Assembly (NCBI GenBank): GCA_964615625.1
Contig: CAZTQT010000004.1
Span: 2,728-66,727 of the forward strand
Direction of reading: 5' to 3'
Length of the DNA: 64,000 nt
From: an uncultured Candidatus Saccharibacteria bacterium
GTDB taxonomy: Bacteria; Patescibacteriota; WWE3; UBA101185; UBA10185
The notes beneath the pieces are model-generated. The model saw only the letters and a list, made by a program, of their open reading frames with translations. It was not told the origin of the DNA and did not search any database. Below are positions 27,880 to 37,492 of this stretch, piece after piece. Numbering within the stretch: the first letter of the stretch is position 1; each line of letters begins with the position of its first letter. The translations under genes were made by a program, and so were the position numbers.

Positions 27880-30057
27880 ATGAAATATTTGGAAAAATTA
27901 TTGGATTTTATAAATCTAGTTGGTTCCACAACCATTGAAATCTCTGCCATATTATTTACCTTTATAAAAAATACACTTTTTGGTTTCTGGAGAAATATTA
28001 AGAAAATATTTTTAACAAGCAGAATAAGGAAAGACCAAATAAAAGAGAAACCTAAAAGAAAATATTTCTTATCAAAAGTATTGAGTATTTTTTCTCTGTC
28101 ATTTGGAGAGAAAATGTTTATACTCGGTATTCTATTTTCAATTATTTTTATTTTAATACCTGTTACATTGGTAAGGTGGTTAAATGAGTTACCATCACCA
28201 GAAAAATTAGCCCTAGAGACAGACAGAAGATCTACAAGAATACTGGATAGAAGAGGTAGACTTCTTTATGAAATATATGTAGACAAAAATTATAATCCCG
28301 TAGAAATAAGTGAAATTCCTGATTATATGATTAAAGCAACTCTAGCTGTAGAGGATGATAAATTTTTTCAACACTCTGGTATAAGGTTGGATAGCATAAT
28401 AAGAGCCTTAAAAAATAATATAACCAACAATGATTCTTTGCAGGGAGGCTCAACAATAACCCAACAACTTGTTAAAAATACTCTTCTCACATCAGAGAGA
28501 ACATTGTCTAGGAAAATAAAAGAGGCTGTCTTAGCCTTGCTTGTTGAGGCGACATATTCTAAAGAACAGATTTTGGAAATGTATTTAAATAACATTTCTT
28601 ATGGTGGTACTTCTTGGGGTGTTCAATCTGCGTCTCAAAAATATTTTGGAAAAAATGTTTGGGAGCTCACTTTAGGTGAGATCTCTTTGTTGGCTGGTTT
28701 ACCAACAGCTCCTACCAGTTATTCTCCCTTATCAAATATTAATGCTGCAAAAGAAAGGCAGAAATATGTCTTAGACAGAATGGTATTTTTGGGATACATA
28801 AATGAAAATGAATTTAAAAAAGCATATGAAGAAGAACTATGTTTTATTAATCAAGGTGGTTATATTCGCGCTCCCCATTTTGTTGATTTTATAAGAAAGG
28901 ATTTAGAAAAAAGATACGGTAAAAGATACGTAGAAACAGGAGGTTTAGAAGTTATCACCACCTTAGATTTAGATTTACAAGATAAGGTACAGGAGATAAT
29001 TGTTTCCGAGGTTAGGGATAATTCATACCTTGGTTTCTCAAATGGAGCTGCAGTAGTTTTAGATGCAAAAAAGTCTGAGATACTTGCTTATGTTGGATCT
29101 GTGGATTATTTTCAAGACAATTGGGGAGCGTATGACGTTGTTACAGCACTCCGACAGCCGGGGTCATCTATAAAACCCGTTACTTATGCCCTAGCTTTAT
29201 CAGGAAAATACACTCCTGCTACATTTATAAATGATTCTCCCATTACATATAAATTTAAGGGTTCTGAGCCATACACACCTGTTAATTATGATGGTAAATA
29301 TCATGGAAATGTTTCTCTAAGACAGGCTTTGGCAAATTCTTATAATATTCCTGCGGTTAAGTTAGCAAGTGATGTAGGTCCTGATAATATTGTTAAAAGA
29401 GGCAGGGAAATGGGACTTACAAATTGGATTGCAGATGGTTCCTATGGGTTGTCAGTTACTCTTGGAGGTAAGGAAGTTAGGCTTTTGGACCATGTAAATT
29501 TATACGCGACGTTAGCTAGACTTGGTAATTATGAAGAGCTCTCACCATACTTGAGTATAAGAGATTCAAAAAGTAATAATATTTATTTTGATACCAGAAA
29601 AAAAGTTCAAGTTTTGACTCCAGAAGTCTCCTATATTATTTGGGACATATTATCTGATAATAATGCAAGGCTGCCAGCTTTTGGAGTTAATAATTTTCTT
29701 TCTATACCAGGTTATAAAATAGCTGTGAAGACTGGGACAACAGATAATATTAAGGATAATTGGGCTCTTGGTTATACCCCATCTTACGTGGTAGGAGTTT
29801 GGGTTGGTAATAATGATGGATCTCCAATGAATCAAAACTTAGCATCTGGTTTAACAGGTGCGGCACCAATATGGAACAAAATAATGAGAGTTATTTTACA
29901 AGGAAGTGACAACGAAATTTTTGATCAACCAGAGAATGTTTTTGTAAAAAAAGATGAGAAGTGTGGTTATTCAGAGATTTTTATTAAGGGATCTAATATT
30001 CCTAAAAGTCTGTGTCCAGAAAGGGATAATAATAAGGACAAGGATAAAAACAATTAA
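27880..30057 (+). CDS. Class A penicillin-binding protein (bifunctional transglycosylase/transpeptidase, PBP1A-like)
   Basis: GT51 motifs (EDDKFFQHSGIRLDSII, GGSTITQQLVKN) and transpeptidase motifs (SSIKP, SYN, KTGT). Confidence 0.85.
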   Translation: MKYLEKLLDFINLVGSTTIEISAILFTFIKNTLFGFWRNIKKIFLTSRIRKDQIKEKPKRKYFLSKVLSIFSLSFGEKMFILGILFSIIFILIPVTLVRWLNELPSPEKLALETDRRSTRILDRRGRLLYEIYVDKNYNPVEISEIPDYMIKATLAVEDDKFFQHSGIRLDSIIRALKNNITNNDSLQGGSTITQQLVKNTLLTSERTLSRKIKEAVLALLVEATYSKEQILEMYLNNISYGGTSWGVQSASQKYFGKNVWELTLGEISLLAGLPTAPTSYSPLSNINAAKERQKYVLDRMVFLGYINENEFKKAYEEELCFINQGGYIRAPHFVDFIRKDLEKRYGKRYVETGGLEVITTLDLDLQDKVQEIIVSEVRDNSYLGFSNGAAVVLDAKKSEILAYVGSVDYFQDNWGAYDVVTALRQPGSSIKPVTYALALSGKYTPATFINDSPITYKFKGSEPYTPVNYDGKYHGNVSLRQALANSYNIPAVKLASDVGPDNIVKRGREMGLTNWIADGSYGLSVTLGGKEVRLLDHVNLYATLARLGNYEELSPYLSIRDSKSNNIYFDTRKKVQVLTPEVSYIIWDILSDNNARLPAFGVNNFLSIPGYKIAVKTGTTDNIKDNWALGYTPSYVVGVWVGNNDGSPMNQNLASGLTGAAPIWNKIMRVILQGSDNEIFDQPENVFVKKDEKCGYSEIFIKGSNIPKSLCPERDNNKDKDKNN

Positions 30058-30154
30058 ATCAAGATTGATCTGTCTATAAGAACTTTTACGGTGTTTGACA
30101 AGTTTTGGTGTTTTATCTATATTAACCGTAATTTCATATAAAAGGAGAGTAAAG

Positions 30155-30619
30155 ATGGAAAGTGTGACAACAGGTAGTTCTAAAAGTTCGTTTGATATTT
30201 GCATCGAGATTGTAGATGATCTTAAACGTGGGGATCCCTTAAGGGAAAAATACCTTAGAAAAGCTTGTGAACTTATGTGTTCTAAAGAGCAGGGAATATC
30301 TCTATTGCTCAGCATGATTGGTGTTCCTGAAGGCAGTGCCCTTAGAAAAGAATTCTTTCATAAATTTCTTAAAATGTGTGAAACATATGATGATTTTAAT
30401 AAATTAGGATGTCTGATTAAAAATACTGGGCTGGCCAAAATAGCTTTTGAAGAAAGTTTGAAACATGCTGATAACAAGAAACAGTGTAGACTTGTTCACG
30501 ACTTCGCTGAAGATCAAGGTTTCAGTGACTTGTGTGATAAGGCCATTTGTAGAGCCAGTGAGATCATTAAATCTAAAGAAGCACAAGAAATGAAGGAGGA
30601 GAGAGTAGCTGTCAGCTAA
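30155..30619 (+). CDS. Hypothetical cytoplasmic helical protein, Cys-containing, orphan
   Basis: The ORF track runs 30095..30619. The first ATG (MESVTTGSS) is at 30155. No TM and no recognisable motif. Confidence 0.4.
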   Translation: MESVTTGSSKSSFDICIEIVDDLKRGDPLREKYLRKACELMCSKEQGISLLLSMIGVPEGSALRKEFFHKFLKMCETYDDFNKLGCLIKNTGLAKIAFEESLKHADNKKQCRLVHDFAEDQGFSDLCDKAICRASEIIKSKEAQEMKEERVAVS

Positions 30620-30719
30620 TTAACTCTGTAATCTGATTTTTGACAAAGCCGGGCAAGTAAAAACTTTCTCGGCTTTTCCTATACCCAAATAAAACCCGTA
30701 GACATTTAATCTATTTATC

Positions 30720-33700
30720 TTGTACAATATCTTCGTCATGAATGATTCTATTTCACACATTTTGGTCAGAGGGGCTAAACAAAATAATCTTAAAAACGTA
30801 GATCTTGATATACCAAAAAATAAGATGGTTATTTTTACAGGTGTCTCTGGATCAGGTAAATCTTCTTTAGCAATGGATACTATTTATGCTGAAGGTCAGA
30901 GAAGATATGTTGAAAGTTTATCGGCCTACGCTAGGCAGTTTTTAGGAATAATGGATAAACCTGATGTAGAAAAAATTGATGGTTTGTCTCCTGCTATAGC
31001 CATTGACCAAAAAACTACTAGCAAAAATCCTAGATCAACAGTAGGGACAATTACAGAAATATACGATTTTTTAAGACTTTTATATGCTCGTATCGGCCAT
31101 CCCCATTGTCCAGAATGTGGAAGAGAGATAGAAAGGCAATCGGCCCAAGAGATAGTAGAAAAAATAATGGAGATTGTTTCTCAAGAGACTGATTTTAAGA
31201 GTGAGCGGGGGATCAGATTTATGATCATGTCCCCAGTTGTTAAAGATAGAAAGGGAGAATTTTCTTCACTATTTGATAATTTGAGAAAGCAGGGGGTCGT
31301 AAGAGCAAGGATAGATGGAAACATTAGAGATTTATCTGAAGATTTCAATCTTATAAAAACTAACAAACATAGTATAGATGCCGTTATTTCTAGACATACA
31401 ATAAGTAATAAAAAAATAAAAAAAGATGAAGATAAAAAAGAAGTAGAATCCCAAATATACCAATCTATAGAAACGGCTTTGAGAATGGGATCTGGTAATG
31501 CTCTAGTATCCTTTATAAAAGATAAGACATTTGAATTTCCAGATCAGCCAAAAGAATTTGATGATCGTTTATTTTCAGAAAATTTTGCATGTCCCGTCTG
31601 TAATATATCTTTACCAGAAATTGAACCAAGAACTTTTTCTTTTAACTCTCCTCATGGAGCGTGTCCGTCTTGTGATGGTATAGGTACAAAATTAAGGATT
31701 GATGAGGATCTAGTGGTTAACCCACGACTTTCAATTTCTGAAGGAGGTGTCCTGCCTTGGACCCGACTTTTTGAGCATATAACTTGGACGTCTAAGGTTG
31801 TGAAGTTAGTTGCTGAACAAAATAATTTTTCTTTAGATGAACCAATAGGTGAGTTAAGTAAAAAAGCTAGAGATGTGTTGTTTTATGGAACTCCCGGAAA
31901 AAAATATAAAGTATCTTTTGTAAACCAAGAAGGTCAGAAGAGAACATACGACGCAGGTTTTGAGGGTGTTATACCAAATCTTCAAAGAAGATATAAAGAA
32001 ACTAATTCTGATTATGTAAAATCTGAAATTGAAAAATACATGGTTAAGGAAAAATGCCCTGTTTGTAATGGTGCTAGATTAAAAAAAGAATCTCTATCCT
32101 TTACTTTGGCAGGAAAGAATATAGATGAAGTAACTCATATGTCAGTTAAAGAGGTTAATAGTTGGTTTGAGTCTCTTCCTAATAAACTAAATTCAAGAGA
32201 GAACAGCATAGCAAGTACAATTTTGAAAGAAATATCTTTTAGAACTAAATTTTTAGTTGATGTTGGTTTAAGTTACCTTACCTTGGGGCGTGCTTCCGCA
32301 GAACTTTCTGGAGGAGAAGCTCAAAGAATAAGACTTGCATCTCAAATAGGCTCCGGCTTAAGTGGTGTTCTATATGTTTTGGATGAGCCTTCTCTTGGTT
32401 TACACCAAACAGATCAAAGTAAATTAATTCAAACCCTCCACCATCTAAGAGATCTAGGAAACACTGTTTTAGTTGTTGAGCATGATGCTGAAACCATGCT
32501 CAGAAGTGATTACATTTTTGATTTTGGTCCAGGGGCTGGGGAGCATGGTGGTGAGGTCATTGCTGAGGGAACACCTCAGCAAATAAAAAAAGATAAAAAC
32601 TCTATCACAGGAAAGTATTTGTCTGGTGAACTTGTGGTAGGAAAAAACTTACCATCTGGGAATGGAAATAAAAATTTTGAAGATTTACTTATTGAAGAAT
32701 CTATAGCAAATAAGAAAAAGAATCCAAAAGGAAAGTTTTTAACTGTAAAAAATGCTACGGGAAGAAATCTAAAAAAAGTTGATCTCAACATTCCCTTGGG
32801 AAAATTTATTTGTGTAACCGGGGTATCTGGTTCAGGAAAATCTACTTTGGTAATGGATACCTTATATCAAGGTTTAAGACAAATGTTTGGATTAAAAATA
32901 GAAGAAAAACCCGAGCCCTTTGAATTGATAACAGGTATAGAAAATATCTCAAATGTTATTGCTATAGACCAAAGTCCAATAGGAAGAACTCCAAAATCTA
33001 ATCCAGCAACATACACAAAAGTATTTGATCACATAAGGAGCTTATACTCTCAGACTCAAGAAGCAAAAATAAGAGGTTATAGCCAAGGTAGGTTTAGTTT
33101 TAATGTAAAGGGTGGTAGATGTGAAGCTTGTGGAGGGGAGGGACAGGTAAAAATAGAAATGCAATTTATGCCCGATGTTTATGTAAAGTGTGATGTGTGT
33201 AAAGGTAAAAGATATAACTCAGAAGCATTAGAGATTGAATATAAAGGAAAAAATATTGCCGATGTTCTTGATATGACTGTTGAAGAGGCTTTAAAGTTTT
33301 TTGAAAATATCCCACAAATAAGAAGAAAAATGGAAACTTTGTATGATGTTGGTTTGGGATATATAAAACTTGGACAACCTGCTCCAACCATGTCGGGAGG
33401 AGAAGCTCAAAGAGTAAAATTAGCTCTAGAGTTATCAAAACGATCCACCGGAAGCACGTTGTACATACTGGATGAACCTACGACCGGACTTCATTTTGCT
33501 GATTTAGAGAATCTTATTTCAATTTGCAAACGTCTTACTGCTAGAGGTAATACTGTTGTTATGATTGAGCATAATTTAGATATAGTTAAAAATTGTGATT
33601 GGGTTATAGATCTTGGTCCGGAAGGTGGTGATGGTGGAGGAGAGATTTTGTTTGAAGGCACTGTTGAGGATTTGAAAAAGTGTAAAAAATCACACACAGC

Positions 33701-33734
33701 GGAGGCTTTAAATGTTGATTGGTATGCTGATTAA
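30720..33734 (+). CDS. uvrA: Excinuclease ABC subunit A
   Basis: Two ABC ATPase modules (GVSGSGKSSLA twice, LSGGEAQRI twice) and zinc-finger Cys clusters. About 1000 aa. An alternative start is MNDSIS at 30738. Confidence 0.95.
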   Translation: MYNIFVMNDSISHILVRGAKQNNLKNVDLDIPKNKMVIFTGVSGSGKSSLAMDTIYAEGQRRYVESLSAYARQFLGIMDKPDVEKIDGLSPAIAIDQKTTSKNPRSTVGTITEIYDFLRLLYARIGHPHCPECGREIERQSAQEIVEKIMEIVSQETDFKSERGIRFMIMSPVVKDRKGEFSSLFDNLRKQGVVRARIDGNIRDLSEDFNLIKTNKHSIDAVISRHTISNKKIKKDEDKKEVESQIYQSIETALRMGSGNALVSFIKDKTFEFPDQPKEFDDRLFSENFACPVCNISLPEIEPRTFSFNSPHGACPSCDGIGTKLRIDEDLVVNPRLSISEGGVLPWTRLFEHITWTSKVVKLVAEQNNFSLDEPIGELSKKARDVLFYGTPGKKYKVSFVNQEGQKRTYDAGFEGVIPNLQRRYKETNSDYVKSEIEKYMVKEKCPVCNGARLKKESLSFTLAGKNIDEVTHMSVKEVNSWFESLPNKLNSRENSIASTILKEISFRTKFLVDVGLSYLTLGRASAELSGGEAQRIRLASQIGSGLSGVLYVLDEPSLGLHQTDQSKLIQTLHHLRDLGNTVLVVEHDAETMLRSDYIFDFGPGAGEHGGEVIAEGTPQQIKKDKNSITGKYLSGELVVGKNLPSGNGNKNFEDLLIEESIANKKKNPKGKFLTVKNATGRNLKKVDLNIPLGKFICVTGVSGSGKSTLVMDTLYQGLRQMFGLKIEEKPEPFELITGIENISNVIAIDQSPIGRTPKSNPATYTKVFDHIRSLYSQTQEAKIRGYSQGRFSFNVKGGRCEACGGEGQVKIEMQFMPDVYVKCDVCKGKRYNSEALEIEYKGKNIADVLDMTVEEALKFFENIPQIRRKMETLYDVGLGYIKLGQPAPTMSGGEAQRVKLALELSKRSTGSTLYILDEPTTGLHFADLENLISICKRLTARGNTVVMIEHNLDIVKNCDWVIDLGPEGGDGGGEILFEGTVEDLKKCKKSHTAEALNVDWYAD

Positions 33735-35458
33735 AAGCCAGCCTGATATTTATTTCCGTCTATGTCTTCAAAGTGAATAGTGTTAGAATCCCCGTCTACG
33801 TACAAATAGGTATGACTTCTTGTAGGTAGTATTTTCCTATCAAGATTATAAATCGTAATGTTTCCTGTGTTTTCAATTTTTAACTTTAGTTTCCCTTTTA
33901 TTATTTGTATAGGATTAAAATTAGTAACTTTTTTAATTGATACGGCTGGCATAAAATACTCCTCTGACATATTTTTTGATAAATCAACCTCAATAAGTTT
34001 TCCATTTTCTGAAAATCTATAAGATCCTGCTGGGTACGGGTATTTAGAACTTAACCCCTTTATAACAAAAGCAAAATGTCCTGTATCAAGTTTTGAAAAA
34101 TAATCTACGCCTGATGTAGCTCCCCAAGTTGGATCCACCTGCACCCATCCGTAAAATGGATCATAAAATTCTGCCCAAGAGTGCAAAAAATCTCCCTTAT
34201 TAAAACTTATTGATAGGGGTTTGCTATTGTCATCTGGTGTAAATGCATATCCATTTACTTCTCTGGCAGGTATTCCAAAAGCTCTGGATAAAGCTATAAA
34301 CAAGTCTGTAAACTCCATACACGTCCATTTTCCTTCCTGAGTTATCACTGCTTCAGCACCAACTCTTTCTACCAAACCATTTGAGGCAGCATTGAAGTCG
34401 TATTTTATATTTTGGACTATGAAGTTGTATATTTTTTGAGCGTTTTTTGTAACACTTAAATCTTCATTTTTTAATTCTTGAACTACTTTTTGTATATACG
34501 GTGATTTTGTTTCCCAGTATTCTTTTGGCTTAGTATAATTTTTAACAATATCTTTTGGTAGCTCATTGAAACCTCTTCCAAAGTCAGGGTTTATCTGTTC
34601 TCCATAAAGTTTTGCTGTTCCTATAACTTCTACCTCTAGATTTTTTTTAGGTTTTAATATGTAATACGCTATTAAATTACCATCCTTATCAATCTTTAAT
34701 TTGTGTGGTTTTGGATCTAGCTTTTTATAACTTACACTTTGAGACTTCTTAATGTCTGGAGGTAATGCTATTTTCTTTATAGAGGGAAGTATAGAATTGT
34801 TTTGTATTTGATATTTCAACCTAAAATTAACTGGCTGATATTCTCCAAAAGCTGCAGTTATGCCTGCAGTTTTTAAAACCTCGTTTGTAAAATAATATGT
34901 ATTTGAATCCTCTTCTGCTTTTTCTATCACAGGTGCGGGGGATATATAGATTTTCTCACCAAAAGATTTTGGAACAGATATTTTTACATTGTACAAAGTT
35001 GTTTTTTCAGGAACCTGTATTTTTGGTAAATATAAATTCCATATATTTCCAGATTTAGAAACTATGCTTTTTGTTTTATATTTCAAAACTATTTTATTTT
35101 GTCTACCTTTTCCTATTGCGTGATCCCTTATAGTGACCGTTACTTTAGTGCTTTCTCCCAGCTCATCTACTTGGGGATTTACTTCTTTATCATTAGAAAG
35201 AACTGATACGTCATAAATATTCAATTGTTTAGAAGAAAAAGAATAGTTGGTTGGTATAGAGTCATTTTGGAGATTTGTAATAATAGCCTCATGTATAACA
35301 GACGCTTCTCCGCTCGTTTCTACAATATAATCAAGGTTGTAATCTATAGAAAATTGATCTTCTTGGGCAAAAGATAGTTTAGATAAAGATAAAATTAAAA
35401 ATGAAAAGAAGACGATACTTTTTGATACGTGTTTTCTTTTTAAAAATCTGATCAACAT
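33731..35458 (-). CDS. Secreted/anchored transglutaminase-like cysteine protease superfamily protein (DUF3857-like N-terminal domain)
   Basis: N-terminal hydrophobic signal/anchor. Core GKWTCMEFTDLFIALSRAFGIPAR with downstream His (HSWAEFYDP) and Asp (GWVQVDPT). Confidence 0.65.
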   Translation of the reverse strand: MLIRFLKRKHVSKSIVFFSFLILSLSKLSFAQEDQFSIDYNLDYIVETSGEASVIHEAIITNLQNDSIPTNYSFSSKQLNIYDVSVLSNDKEVNPQVDELGESTKVTVTIRDHAIGKGRQNKIVLKYKTKSIVSKSGNIWNLYLPKIQVPEKTTLYNVKISVPKSFGEKIYISPAPVIEKAEEDSNTYYFTNEVLKTAGITAAFGEYQPVNFRLKYQIQNNSILPSIKKIALPPDIKKSQSVSYKKLDPKPHKLKIDKDGNLIAYYILKPKKNLEVEVIGTAKLYGEQINPDFGRGFNELPKDIVKNYTKPKEYWETKSPYIQKVVQELKNEDLSVTKNAQKIYNFIVQNIKYDFNAASNGLVERVGAEAVITQEGKWTCMEFTDLFIALSRAFGIPAREVNGYAFTPDDNSKPLSISFNKGDFLHSWAEFYDPFYGWVQVDPTWGATSGVDYFSKLDTGHFAFVIKGLSSKYPYPAGSYRFSENGKLIEVDLSKNMSEEYFMPAVSIKKVTNFNPIQIIKGKLKLKIENTGNITIYNLDRKILPTRSHTYLYVDGDSNTIHFEDIDGNKYQAGF

Positions 35459-35481
35459 CTACTAAATGCTACAATAAGCGT

Positions 35482-36822
35482 GTGGAAAGCTCAAATTTGA
35501 GAGAAAAAGTTAATAATTTACCACAACTTCCAGGTTCTTATATTTTTAAAGATTCTTCTGGAAAAGTTATATATGTTGGTAAGGCAAAGAATTTAAGATC
35601 CAGAGTAAAATCCTATTTTTCAGTTGATATTCCATCTAATTTCAAAACAGCAGAGTTAGTAAAAAGGATTAATGATCTTGATTTTATACAAGTAGATTCA
35701 GAATTTGAGGCAATAATATTAGAAGCCGAGCTTATAAAAAAGTACCGACCTAAGTACAACATTGTTCTTAAAGATGATAAATCCAAAATTTATATAGTTA
35801 TTAGAAAAGAAAAAGTTGATATTAATGGTAGATTAATTGATTTACCAAGGGTTATTACTGCTAGAAAACCCGAGCTTTTGGATTCTGATATTGTATTTGG
35901 ACCTTTTCCAAATAATACTGTTGTTAAATATATACTTGGAACTTTAAGAAAAATATTTCCTTTCAGAGATTGTAGTGTTTCAAAATTTACAAAATATAAA
36001 AAGATAAATTCCCCATGTTTGTATGGACACATAGGTTTATGCACTGGTCCTTGTTTTAAAAACTCTCCAAATGAAATTGCTTTGTATAAACAAAATATAT
36101 CTAGGATTAAAAAAATATTGTTGGGTAATATATCTTCTTTTATTTCAAAAACTGAAAAACAAATGGGAAAATATTCTAAAGAAGAAGAGTTTGAAAAAGC
36201 TTTGATCTGCAGAGACACTTTACAGAAATTTTATTATGTGCAAAAAACCTTTAGAGATGCCGGAGATTATATTGATAACCCTTATTTAATAGATGATCTA
36301 AGTAAAAAAGCTATTGAAGAAATTTCTGGTTTTTTGCCCTTTTTAAAAACTCCTCCAAAAAGAATTGAATGTTACGATATTTCTAATATATCTGGTAAAG
36401 AGTCTGTAGGATCAATGGTTGTTGCCATAGATGGGAAGATAGATAAATCTGAGTATAGAAAATTTAAAATAAAACTGAAAAATAAACCCGATGATTTTGG
36501 AATGATGTATGAAGTTTTGTATAGAAGATTGAAGTCTGGCATTAAAAATAAATCTCTTCCTGACCTTATTATTGTTGATGGCGGGAAGCCTCAAGTATCA
36601 TCCGGTATGGAAGTTCTAAAGGAATTAGATATAGAAATTCCATTGATAGGTATAGCAGAAAAGAATGAAACACTTGTTTATAAAGACGATGGTATTTTTG
36701 TGGAAGATAATCATCCAAAAGATAGTTATGGTATGAAGCTTATCATTAGTTTAAGAGATGAGGCTCATAGATTTGCTCAAAGTTATCATCATACTTTAAT
36801 GAAGAAAAATATTACTGGGTAG
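35482..36822 (+). CDS. uvrC: Excinuclease ABC subunit C, short form lacking the C-terminal (HhH)2 domain
   Basis: GIY-YIG (GSYIFKDSSGKVIYVGKAKNLRSRVKSYF), UVR motif (FEKALICRDTLQKF), RNase-H-like endonuclease domain (IECYDISNISG ... DEAHRFAQSYHH). Only 446 aa. Confidence 0.85.
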   Translation: MESSNLREKVNNLPQLPGSYIFKDSSGKVIYVGKAKNLRSRVKSYFSVDIPSNFKTAELVKRINDLDFIQVDSEFEAIILEAELIKKYRPKYNIVLKDDKSKIYIVIRKEKVDINGRLIDLPRVITARKPELLDSDIVFGPFPNNTVVKYILGTLRKIFPFRDCSVSKFTKYKKINSPCLYGHIGLCTGPCFKNSPNEIALYKQNISRIKKILLGNISSFISKTEKQMGKYSKEEEFEKALICRDTLQKFYYVQKTFRDAGDYIDNPYLIDDLSKKAIEEISGFLPFLKTPPKRIECYDISNISGKESVGSMVVAIDGKIDKSEYRKFKIKLKNKPDDFGMMYEVLYRRLKSGIKNKSLPDLIIVDGGKPQVSSGMEVLKELDIEIPLIGIAEKNETLVYKDDGIFVEDNHPKDSYGMKLIISLRDEAHRFAQSYHHTLMKKNITG

Positions 36823-36862
36823 GTTGTAAAACATCTCTTTTTAGTTTTTAATTTAATAAACC

Positions 36863-37270
36863 ATGAAAAAAATCATAAGAACTGTGCTTTTTATATTTTT
36901 ATCCCTGTATGTCACTGATTGGGCTATTGGTGGGTTTTCCTATAGTGAAAATAAAACTATTTATTTATCTATGTTAGCTCTCTTGGTTCTGTATCTCTTT
37001 CTTAGGCCTGTTGCATCAGTTGTATCTCTGCCAACTAGTGGGAGTGTTTTTTTCTTGATCTCGTTTATATCGACAGGTATAGTTTTTTATGCTTTGGCTA
37101 ATATAATATATGATCTTTCTTTTCAACCAACGACTCTTAAAAGTTTGAATATTTTGGGCTTTGTGCTACCATCTAAAGATTTAGATAGCCTTTGGTCACT
37201 TATTTTCTCTGCCTTAGCAACTAGTAGCGTGTACTTGTTTTTGGAGGGTCTTTGTCCAAAGAAAAAATAA
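36863..37270 (+). CDS. Small 4-TM membrane protein (YvlD/DUF360-like)
   Basis: 135 aa with four hydrophobic segments. The N-terminal pattern resembles the YvlD family. The assignment is tentative. Confidence 0.4.
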   Translation: MKKIIRTVLFIFLSLYVTDWAIGGFSYSENKTIYLSMLALLVLYLFLRPVASVVSLPTSGSVFFLISFISTGIVFYALANIIYDLSFQPTTLKSLNILGFVLPSKDLDSLWSLIFSALATSSVYLFLEGLCPKKK

Positions 37271-37271
37271 T

Positions 37272-37490
37272 ATGATTAAGTTTGTAAAAATATCTCAATT
37301 AGTTGTTTCAACTCTTCTTATAGTTTTAGTTTTAATTCAATCTAAGTCATCTGGCTTATCGTCTACTCTAAAAAGTTCTTTTAATATGTACAGATCATTG
37401 AGAGGTTTTGAGAAAATTATTTTTATTACAACTATAATTGCAGGAGTTTTATTAATAGTAAACTCTCTTCTTATAGTCTTTTTAGGGTAA
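37272..37490 (+). CDS. secG: Preprotein translocase subunit SecG
   Basis: 72 aa with two TM helices, a glycine/serine-rich loop (QSKSSGLSSTLKSS) and a following YRSLRGFEK motif. This is the SecG pattern. Confidence 0.6.
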   Translation: MIKFVKISQLVVSTLLIVLVLIQSKSSGLSSTLKSSFNMYRSLRGFEKIIFITTIIAGVLLIVNSLLIVFLG

Positions 37491-37492
37491 AT

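Noticed and set aside
30626-30665. A terminator-like hairpin (AAAGCCG ... CGGCTTT) after the orphan gene
   Set aside because: The loop is about 18 nt and there is no downstream T-run. It is too weak to call.
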